Below are positions 9,300-16,347 of a DNA stretch of 64,000 nt, piece by piece; the stretch's first letter is position 1; each line of letters starts with the position of its first letter. Both the position numbers and the translations under genes were made by a program. The notes under the pieces are model-generated. The model made no database searches. It was not told the DNA's origin and saw only the letters and a program-made list of their open reading frames with translations. The stretch is from Candidatus Magasanikiibacteriota bacterium. GTDB taxonomy: Bacteria; Patescibacteriota; Patescibacteriia; Magasanikbacterales; GWA2-37-8. The DNA lies in NCBI GenBank assembly GCA_016189025.1, contig JACPGS010000019.1, forward strand, positions 16,272-80,271, given 5' to 3'.

Positions 9300-9584
9300 A
9301 TGGAGAACGAAAGAACGCGTGCACTGCTGGAGTGGGTGCGCGCCAAGCTGGTGGAATGGGGCGTACCTCACGACGAGGTGAAGGCAACTTTCGAGCTGCC
9401 ACTCCACCTGGTGCTCGCTTTGATCGGAGCAGCCAGGGCGGAGCTCGGCGTAGAACCCTTCTTCGGCCCCTCGCTCCATCGCGGGCGCTCGCCGGTCTAC
9501 CGGCTCGGTGGCCTGGGCAGGGAGCTGCTCCGGGTGGTGGTGGCCAACCAGGAAGCCGCTCCGCTGCCCGCGCCGCCGTCGTAG
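9300..9584 (+). CDS. Small hypothetical protein (~94 aa) encoded in a ~500 bp GC-rich micro-island
   Basis: Strong RBS AAAGGAG 8 nt upstream of the ATG at 9300. It is followed by the terminator at 9681-9716. In this GC-rich stretch, ORFs appear in all frames, so caution is needed. Confidence 0.35.
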   Translation: MENERTRALLEWVRAKLVEWGVPHDEVKATFELPLHLVLALIGAARAELGVEPFFGPSLHRGRSPVYRLGGLGRELLRVVVANQEAAPLPAPPS

Positions 9585-9680
9585 TACACTTGGGTCGCAG
9601 GTCTAACACCCGCCATCTCACCGCTCTTCGTGCGAAGCGTGGGACGCCAACAGAAAGGAGGTATCGCACGCAGCACAAAA

Positions 9681-9716
9681 CCCGCCTCGCCACTACGCTT
9701 GAGGCGGTTTTTGTTT
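9681..9716 (+). terminator. Rho-independent terminator
   Basis: cccgcctcgcc-actacgct-tgaggcggg followed by a TTTTTGTTT tract. Confidence 0.6.
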
Positions 9717-9772
9717 GGGGGAGAATGGACAAACCCGGCGGGGAGTGGTAGAGTAGGAGCAACTTTTGAATT

Positions 9773-10516
9773 ATGTTCCAAGCTAAAACAGAAAAAATTC
9801 AGCAATTAGCTCAAAAGTATCCCCATCGTATCAAAGAGCTTGAGGAAATTTTTAGCCGCAAGACTAACGTATATATTGACTATGCCAACGTTAAGCCGTG
9901 GGCAAGCAAGTTGGGGTGGCATGTAGAATTAAAGCGTTTAAAGCAGCTTTTAAATTCTTTTGGTACCATTAACGCCGTAAAAATTTATTGCGGCACGCTG
10001 GTGGGGAACAAAGAGTCGGTTGAGTTTAGTGAAGAATTGAAGCGGCTGGGTTATATCGTTACGACTAAGCCAGTTAAAATAATGAAAAAATCAATTGATG
10101 TTTCAAGCATTACCTCTGCTTCGCCAGATATTCTCAAAGATTTTATTCGTCGGTCATTGCTCCAGAAGCTAAAAGTTGAAACCGTCGAATATTTGAACAG
10201 TCGTTTGAAAGAACTCAATGATCAGGGTATATTCTATATCGAAGATTTAAAATGTAATTTTGATGTGGAGATTGGCAGAGACATGTTAATTGATTATGAT
10301 AAAAACGGCATTGAAAATTTTGTGTTGTGGAGCGGCGATAGCGACTTCGCCAGTTCGTTGGAGCAGCTTTTAGCCGACGGCAAAAGAGTATTCATTTTTG
10401 CCACCGCACGCAAAGTTGCAAACGAGCTCAATGAGCTTCGTAAGAAAGGATTGGCAATTTTTGATATTCAAAAAGTACGCAATTTTATTTGTTGGAATAA
10501 AGAAAAGACTGTATAA
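9773..10516 (+). CDS. NYN-domain (LabA/DUF88-like) predicted RNase
   Basis: 'NVYIDYANV' at the N-terminus and 'VLWSGDSDF' are the paired acidic motifs of NYN/LabA nucleases. AT-rich gene. Confidence 0.65.
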   Translation: MFQAKTEKIQQLAQKYPHRIKELEEIFSRKTNVYIDYANVKPWASKLGWHVELKRLKQLLNSFGTINAVKIYCGTLVGNKESVEFSEELKRLGYIVTTKPVKIMKKSIDVSSITSASPDILKDFIRRSLLQKLKVETVEYLNSRLKELNDQGIFYIEDLKCNFDVEIGRDMLIDYDKNGIENFVLWSGDSDFASSLEQLLADGKRVFIFATARKVANELNELRKKGLAIFDIQKVRNFICWNKEKTV

Positions 10517-10930
10517 AAGCAAAAAGGACTCCTGGCGGAGCCCTTAAGCTTTAGAATTCATGATCATCACTGATCAATAACACTATACCACATCACTAGC
10601 TAATTTGTCAAGCGGAGTGGTGTGGATATAATATCCGACCTATTTTATACCTTTAAGCCATCTCAAAACCCACTATTGTCATCCTTTCACCCCGCCTAGC
10701 GAGGTTCAGGACAGGCTTTGAGACTATTAGGCCCCCCGACTTAGTCGGGGTCGCTCAGGGTAAACTCCGCGGAAAGCTTTGCCCTAAGCCATGTGGTAAG
10801 CTTGCCAAATCAATTGCCGAAGGGATCTCTGTCTTAAGGGAAATTTTGGACAGAGATTCCTCGCTTGACACTCGGAATGACAGTTTTGAGATGACCTCCA
10901 TTTGAGATTTATAAATTGGCGGAGTGAGAT

Positions 10931-11473
10931 ATGAGGACTCCAAAAGAAATAGGTCAATGGCTGTTCAAAATAATTGTTGAAGCATTTATAATCGGCATCA
11001 TTGTAAGTTTGATTAGTAGTGCTTTATGGGCATATTATGATAGTTTTTCTTCATCGGCTGATTTTGTTAAGAATTTAAAGGGTGAAATCTCGTATAATAT
11101 ACAGATACTTGGCAGTCTTCAAACTTTAGCTAATTCAGCTGGTGAAAAACGCATTCCCTTTTATCGAAACCAAATAAAGACAAGCGTCAGGGATTCATTC
11201 TGGTATGTGCACAAAAATCAATTTTCTTCTGAAGAGATTACAAAGATTGAAAATTATTATACGAATATTGAATACTTACGAGAGTCAGTCGAACGTATTT
11301 GGATTGCAGGTAGTTCTGGGCAACAGGAACTTGCAAAAAATTTGTTAGATGGTGCCACAAAGCTACAGATTAGTTTAATTGCTGAAGGAGATGAGTTGCA
11401 AAGTATCTTGAAAAAAAATTCCTTAATAAGACCACGCTTGTGCGTTAGCAAATACTGTGTGCTCAGGCCATAA
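10931..11473 (+). CDS. Small membrane-anchored protein (N-terminal TM helix), hypothetical
   Basis: Hydrophobic helix 'LFKIIVEAFIIGIIVSLISSALWAYY'. AT-rich. It ends 15 nt before the SIR2-like gene, so the two are probably co-transcribed. Confidence 0.5.
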   Translation: MRTPKEIGQWLFKIIVEAFIIGIIVSLISSALWAYYDSFSSSADFVKNLKGEISYNIQILGSLQTLANSAGEKRIPFYRNQIKTSVRDSFWYVHKNQFSSEEITKIENYYTNIEYLRESVERIWIAGSSGQQELAKNLLDGATKLQISLIAEGDELQSILKKNSLIRPRLCVSKYCVLRP

Positions 11474-11488
11474 ACGAGCGGATTAAAT

Positions 11489-12511
11489 ATGAATTGGATT
11501 AATAATACAAGCGAGATAGGTTTGCTAACCGGAGCAGGGTTCACAGCAAATTTTGGAGGTTATCTACAACGGGAAATGTGGAATAAAATGTTTAATCATG
11601 AATTTACCCAAAAAAATGAGGTTATTAAAAAGAAAATGTTGAAAGCTGCAAGGGGGGCATGTCTGTCAAAAAGAGACTATGATTATGAGTCGGTTTATAC
11701 GGAACTATTTGAAACGCAGCCAGCAATTATACAAATTTTAATGGATACTTACAAGGTTCTAGACCAGAGTATTAGTATTAGTCACTATAACGAAACATCC
11801 TATAATGAACAAAAATTTAGAGAATTTATTGCTGAAGTTAGCAGGGCAAGCAATCAAACACCAATGGTATGGTTTACGTTGAACCAGGATTTATTTTGTG
11901 AAAATTTTGCTCAAGTTACCCCGCTCTGGATTAGGTATACGCGCCAGGACGATAATAACAACGATAAAGTTGTAGAACTGCCAAACGAGTTAAAACTTCA
12001 AGAAATACAAACACGTCATCCGAATGGCCAATTAGTGTATGTAAAACTTCATGGTTCGTATGGATGGTTGTCAAGTCGTGGTGGCAAGGCCGTAGCAGTT
12101 GGCGCAGATAAGAAAAAATTTATAGATCAAGAGCCTCTTTTAAAATCCTACTTTGATGAAATATTCTCCCCTTGGCTTAGACAGAAAAGAAAGCTATTAG
12201 TGATTGGATACTCTTTCCGCGATCAACATGTCAATGACTATTTGATTAAAGCTATACAAGATGAAAATTTGAGGCTGTTTATTATTAGTTTAGCCGACAT
12301 GAAGGACTTAGTTGATAGTTTTGCAAAGCAAGGCGATTCTAAAAAGGTAGAAATGGCTATAGATGGTTATTGGCAGAAAAAGTTGGTTGATATATTTACT
12401 GATTATGCACAAACCTCTGTTGAGGTAGATGAATTAAGGCAAGCCTTAACTAGAGATTGGATGAACAAAGATTTTTTTGGAACTCAAAGACTACCAAATC
12501 AAAACGCTTGA
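11489..12511 (+). CDS. SIR2-like (SIR2_2/DHS-like NAD-binding fold) protein of the kind found in anti-phage systems
   Basis: N-terminal 'GAGFTANFGG' resembles SIR2_2 'GAGFS'. 'FTLNQDLF' resembles 'TTNYD'. 'KLHGSYGW' carries the catalytic His. 'LLVIGYSFRDQHV' resembles the 'GYSxxD' motif. Confidence 0.65.
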   Translation: MNWINNTSEIGLLTGAGFTANFGGYLQREMWNKMFNHEFTQKNEVIKKKMLKAARGACLSKRDYDYESVYTELFETQPAIIQILMDTYKVLDQSISISHYNETSYNEQKFREFIAEVSRASNQTPMVWFTLNQDLFCENFAQVTPLWIRYTRQDDNNNDKVVELPNELKLQEIQTRHPNGQLVYVKLHGSYGWLSSRGGKAVAVGADKKKFIDQEPLLKSYFDEIFSPWLRQKRKLLVIGYSFRDQHVNDYLIKAIQDENLRLFIISLADMKDLVDSFAKQGDSKKVEMAIDGYWQKKLVDIFTDYAQTSVEVDELRQALTRDWMNKDFFGTQRLPNQNA

Positions 12512-12636
12512 ATTGTATATAGTTATGTCTTTTTTTAGTCATCCAGATATACACAGCATGAACTTGACAACCGGACGGCTGTATAGTATGCTTATATTAG
12601 CTAACCACCCCCACCCTGCCCCCGAAAGGGGGCCCG

Positions 12637-13362
12637 GTGGGGTTTTTTCTTATGTCCAAACTAGTTTTTGACATTGAAACGGTCGGCGAGGATTGGGAAT
12701 CCCTGGATCAAACTACGCAGGAAGCCCTGACGCGCTGGATTAAACGCGAGGCCGAGAGCGAAGCTGAATACCAGGTGTCGCTCGCCGCGGTAAAAGACGG
12801 GTTAGGGTTTTCGCCGCTCACCGGGCAGATTGTGGCGATCGGCGTATTGGATTGCGAAAAGAATAAAGGCGCCGTGTATTTTCAGGCGCCGGGAACTTCC
12901 CTTACGGAGTCAGAGGAAGACGGCATAAAATTCAAACCCGCTACCGAACGAGAAATGCTGGAACAATTCTGGCAGGGCGCCCGGCAGTACCAGGAATTTA
13001 TCAGCTTCAACGGCCGGGCATTTGACGCGCCGTTTTTAATGGTGCGCTCCGCTATCCACGGAATTCGCCCCAGTAAAGACCTAATGTCCAACCGCTATCT
13101 GGGGAGCCAGCGCTACGACTGCAAGCATATTGACCTCATGGATCAGTTGTCGTTTTACGGCGCTGCGCGCCGCAAGGGCAGCCTGCATTTGTGGAGTCGC
13201 GCTTTTAGCATCAAGAGCCCCAAAGCCGACGGCATCAGCGGCGACGACGTTAAACGATTATTCAGCGAGAAAAAATTTTTGGACATCGCCCGCTACAACG
13301 TCGGCGATTTAGCGGCGACGCGGCAGCTGTACGAACAATGGGAAAAGTATTTGCGGTTTTAG
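12637..13362 (+). CDS. RNase H-like 3'-5' exonuclease (PolB-exonuclease-like / YprB family). The true start is probably the Met at 12652.
   Basis: 'LVFDIETVG' is a DEDD-type Exo I motif. '…FNGRAFDAPFL…' and a later 'YNVGDL' give Exo II/III-like acidic residues. Confidence 0.55.
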   Translation: MGFFLMSKLVFDIETVGEDWESLDQTTQEALTRWIKREAESEAEYQVSLAAVKDGLGFSPLTGQIVAIGVLDCEKNKGAVYFQAPGTSLTESEEDGIKFKPATEREMLEQFWQGARQYQEFISFNGRAFDAPFLMVRSAIHGIRPSKDLMSNRYLGSQRYDCKHIDLMDQLSFYGAARRKGSLHLWSRAFSIKSPKADGISGDDVKRLFSEKKFLDIARYNVGDLAATRQLYEQWEKYLRF

Positions 13363-13586
13363 ACTTATCCACAGCGCCGGATCATTATTTATGGTTGATT
13401 CTGTGCTATACTATAGCAATCAGGGAGGGAGAAAATAATCCCTTTTTAATTTTGGGGATTGTTTTTTTTAACACTGATTTCACGGGTTAGACTTGGATTC
13501 CACGGATTGAGAATATACACGGATTAGAGTTCGCTGCCAGCCCAGGCTTTGACCGCCGCCTATCTTTTTGCTAGCATTAAGAGGAT

Positions 13587-15302
13587 ATGAATTACCCCGA
13601 GGTGATTGGCCAGCTGCTACGCCAGGCGGGAGTTACCGGTGAACTTAAATTCACCGCTCCGCCGCATACAGCGCAGGGCGATTTGGCCTTAGCTTGTTTT
13701 GATTTAGCTAAAGAATCAGGCGGACGTTCGCCGGCTGCCGCGGCCAAGGATTTAGCGGCGAGTATTACCCAAATGGCTTCCCCGCTGGTGGAACAGGCGC
13801 AGGCGGCCGGGCCGTATGTCAACTTTTTTTTGCGCGGGGGAGAGCTGGCGCGCTTAGTGTTGCCGGCAGTGGGGGATGATTACGGAGCGCATACCCTCGG
13901 CAAGGAAGAGACCATTATGGTGGAATTTGCCCATCCCAACACGCACAAGGCCTTCCACGTCGGGCATCTGCGCAACATTGTTACCGGCGAGAGCCTGGCC
14001 AGGTTGTTTCAGAACGCCGGCTACACCGTGGTGCGCGCCAACTATCAGGGCGATATCGGCTTGCACATCGGCAAATGTTTGTGGGGGTTATTACATGGCG
14101 AACCGCCGGCTGATCAGCTGGTCAGCAATCAGCAGTTAACTACGCCGGCGGCGCGGGTCAAGGTTTTGGGCGAAGCGTACGCGCGCGGAGCCGCCGCTTA
14201 CGAAGCGGATGAATCAGCTAAAAAAGAAATTCAGGAATTGAACGGCGCGGTTTATACCAATGACCCCAGCATCAGAAAAATTTACACCACCACGCGGGCC
14301 TGGAGCTTGGAGTATTTTGATACTCTATATCGCCGGCTCGACACCCGTTTTGACCGCCTTTATTTTGAATCCGAAATGTTTAGCCGGGGCAAGGAAATTG
14401 TGGAAGAGTGGCTTCCCCGCGGCGTATTTGTAGAGAGCGAAGGCGCGGTGATTTTTCCGGGGAAGCGCTTTGGCCTCCACGACCGGGTATTTTTGACCCG
14501 CGAACGGCTGCCCACTTATGAAGCTAAAGACTTGGCGCTGGCCGAGCGGCAATTTGCCGATTACCATCCGGCGCATATTTATCATGTAGTAGCCACGGAA
14601 CAGAGTGAGTATTTCCGGGTATTGTTCCAGGCGCTGGAAGCCACTTTGCCGGCCAGCCGCGGTCGGGAACATCATCTGGTATACGGCTGGGTGCGTTTGC
14701 GCGAAGGGAAAATGAGTTCGCGCACCGGCCAGGTGGTATTGGCAGAATGGCTGCTGGATACGGTCGGCGCCAAAATCCGGGAAATGATGGGCGAACGGGC
14801 AGCGGCGCTCCCCGACGCCACCGTAGAGCGGATTGCCGTGGCCGCAGTTAAGTACGCTTTTCTTAAAACCGGCGTTAGTAATGAACTGGCGTTTGACCTG
14901 GAGCGTTCGGTAAGTTTATCGGGCGATTCTGGTCCCTACCTCCTTTATATGGTAGCGCGGATGAAGAGTATTTTACGGCAGCAATCAGCAGATTCAGCAA
15001 GTCAGCAGATTCAGCAATTGGTTGGCGGAGTAACCATTACCACTTCCGAGAAACGCCTGTTGTTACAAATTGCCGAGTTTCCGGCAGTGACCCGCACCGC
15101 GGCCGAGCGCACCGACCCGTCGCTTGTTGCTCATTATTTATTAACGCTGGCCCAGCGCTTTAGTGATTTTTACGAAACCTGCCCCGTGCTCAAAGCCGAG
15201 CCGGCCACCCGCACTTTCCGCCTGGCGCTCCTTCACGCTACGCAATTAGTGCTGGAGCGCGGCCTGCAGCTGTTGGGCATTGCCACGGTAGAGGAGATGT
15301 AG
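13587..15302 (+). CDS. argS: Arginyl-tRNA synthetase
   Basis: 'HPNTHKAFHVGHLRN' is the HIGH region. The anticodon-binding DALR domain is present. It ends with the C-terminal Met conserved in ArgRS (…VEEM). 571 aa. Confidence 0.9.
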   Translation: MNYPEVIGQLLRQAGVTGELKFTAPPHTAQGDLALACFDLAKESGGRSPAAAAKDLAASITQMASPLVEQAQAAGPYVNFFLRGGELARLVLPAVGDDYGAHTLGKEETIMVEFAHPNTHKAFHVGHLRNIVTGESLARLFQNAGYTVVRANYQGDIGLHIGKCLWGLLHGEPPADQLVSNQQLTTPAARVKVLGEAYARGAAAYEADESAKKEIQELNGAVYTNDPSIRKIYTTTRAWSLEYFDTLYRRLDTRFDRLYFESEMFSRGKEIVEEWLPRGVFVESEGAVIFPGKRFGLHDRVFLTRERLPTYEAKDLALAERQFADYHPAHIYHVVATEQSEYFRVLFQALEATLPASRGREHHLVYGWVRLREGKMSSRTGQVVLAEWLLDTVGAKIREMMGERAAALPDATVERIAVAAVKYAFLKTGVSNELAFDLERSVSLSGDSGPYLLYMVARMKSILRQQSADSASQQIQQLVGGVTITTSEKRLLLQIAEFPAVTRTAAERTDPSLVAHYLLTLAQRFSDFYETCPVLKAEPATRTFRLALLHATQLVLERGLQLLGIATVEEM

Positions 15303-15311
15303 GGCGAAGCC

Positions 15312-15340
15312 TTGACTGGTGAGTTTTTTGGGTGTATAAT
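15312..15340 (+). promoter_or_regulatory. Near-consensus sigma70-type promoter: TTGACT, 17-nt spacer, TATAAT
   Basis: TTGACT at 15312-15317. Spacer 'ggtgagttttttgggtg'. TATAAT at 15335-15340. Confidence 0.55.
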
Positions 15341-15381
15341 GAAACTGTAGAAGAATTAAAAATACCAGTTAGCATTAGGGC

Positions 15382-15450
15382 GCGGCAGACGAGTGTCTTT
15401 GGGCGCGCACCCCGATTAAATCGGGGGAGCACCCAAAGAGTGTCTGCCGC
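15382..15450 (+). ncRNA. Long imperfect hairpin in the ~230-nt leader downstream of the promoter. Outer stem gcggcagac…gtctgccgc, inner hairpin CCCCGATTAAATCGGGGG. Possible small RNA or cis-regulatory structure.
   Basis: Seen directly. A related nested hairpin with inner CCCCGACTAGATCGGGGG lies at 26011-26078. A third inner-hairpin copy, CCCCGACTTAGTCGGGG, lies at 10734-10750. Confidence 0.35.
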
Positions 15451-15528
15451 GACCAACCAGGCTAATTTTAGCAATAGCGATAGCGACCAGGCGGATAACG
15501 ATTATGTTCGGCATTCTTCTGCAGTTTC

Positions 15529-15565
15529 ATCCTACTATCCTACTATCCTACTTACCTACTATCCT
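15529..15565 (+). repeat. Four tandem 8-bp repeats (ATCCTACT/ACCTACT) immediately upstream of the RHH gene start. Candidate operator.
   Basis: tcctactatcctactatcctacttacctactatcc, read directly. Confidence 0.5.
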
Positions 15566-15573
15566 AAACCAAT

Positions 15574-15777
15574 ATGCCTCGCGTCCGCACCCACAACGAG
15601 CCCATTGAGCGGGTTACGCTCAAGCTCCCCAAAAGCATCGCCACTTATTTCCGCCAGGCCTTTGGCCACGGCCGGCGCAGCGAATTTGTGGCCAACTGCC
15701 TGCGCCGCCACCGCCAGGAGCGGGAGGTCGCCGCTTTGGAAGAAGATCTGCGCGGCATCGGCGGCAAACGCGTCTGA
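15574..15777 (+). CDS. Ribbon-helix-helix (CopG/ParD-like) antitoxin candidate
   Basis: 67 aa, basic, with a 'VTLKLPKSIATYFRQ' beta-strand/helix pattern typical of RHH. It lies directly upstream of the MazF-like gene. Confidence 0.5.
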   Translation: MPRVRTHNEPIERVTLKLPKSIATYFRQAFGHGRRSEFVANCLRRHRQEREVAALEEDLRGIGGKRV

Positions 15778-15806
15778 CGCTCTGTTTTATCAATCAAACC
15801 AGGAAT

Positions 15807-16178
15807 ATGATAGCTCATTTTGATCTGGACAAAATGTACTGCGGCAAAATTAAACGGGGGGATATTTTTTTGGCCGAACACGAGCGCGAGCAGGTGGTGG
15901 TGGTAGTGCAGGATGATATTCTTAATGAACGGCTGGGGACGGTGCTCGCAGTTCCCGTTGAGCCGCACCGCGCCGGGGAGCCGGTGTTTAAAAATGAATT
16001 ATTGCTGTCTGCCAAAGAAATTAATTTGGGCCGGCCCGGCGTCTGCCTGACGCACAAACTGATGACCGTGGATCGCCGGCATCTGACTGCCAAAAAAGGG
16101 GAATTAGCTCCCGAGCGGCTAGGGGAATTATTAGCTGCCCTGGATATTACGCTCGGGCGATTCCGGGACCGCGGATAG
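15807..16178 (+). CDS. MazF/PemK-family endoribonuclease toxin
   Basis: 'KRGDIFLAEHE…QVVVVVQDDILN…LAVPV' matches the PemK/MazF N-terminal motif (RGDIYxxDL…RPxLVVSN…). 123 aa. Confidence 0.6.
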   Translation: MIAHFDLDKMYCGKIKRGDIFLAEHEREQVVVVVQDDILNERLGTVLAVPVEPHRAGEPVFKNELLLSAKEINLGRPGVCLTHKLMTVDRRHLTAKKGELAPERLGELLAALDITLGRFRDRG

Positions 16179-16196
16179 AGGTTCGTTTCAAGTAAC

Positions 16197-16226
16197 ACGA
16201 CTCGCCCAGTCGTGTTTTTCGTTGGG
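16197..16226 (+). terminator. Rho-independent terminator
   Basis: aacacgact-cgccc-agtcgtgtt followed by TTTCG. Confidence 0.5.
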
Positions 16227-16347
16227 TTCCTGGCGGTCATTGCCAATTTGGGCGATTAGTGTTTTAATTCTCCTCGGCATGTCTTTTTGCCTAGCTCCTT
16301 AACAACCAGGCAATTTTGCCTAGTGCTTCCGCCAAAAAACAGCAACC

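Noticed and set aside
9124-9805. ORFs 9124..9762(-), 9251..9751(+), 9273..9479(-) and 9497..9805(-) in the GC-rich micro-island
   Set aside because: Mutually overlapping frames in a >65% GC stretch. Only 9300..9584 has an RBS and sits between a promoter-like gap and a terminator. The rest look like GC-driven open frames.
10755-10943. ORF 10755..10943(-) and ORFs such as 4102..4305(-), 24739..24966(-), 45006..45188(-)
   Set aside because: Short ORFs lying over intergenic promoter/repeat regions or antisense to well-supported genes. No RBS or motif support.
13380-13586. T-box riboswitch upstream of argS (and upstream of tyrS and valS)
   Set aside because: I found no T-box consensus (AATTAGGGTGGNACCGCG) or specifier/antiterminator arrangement. 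tyrS follows valS by 10 nt, so it is operonic.
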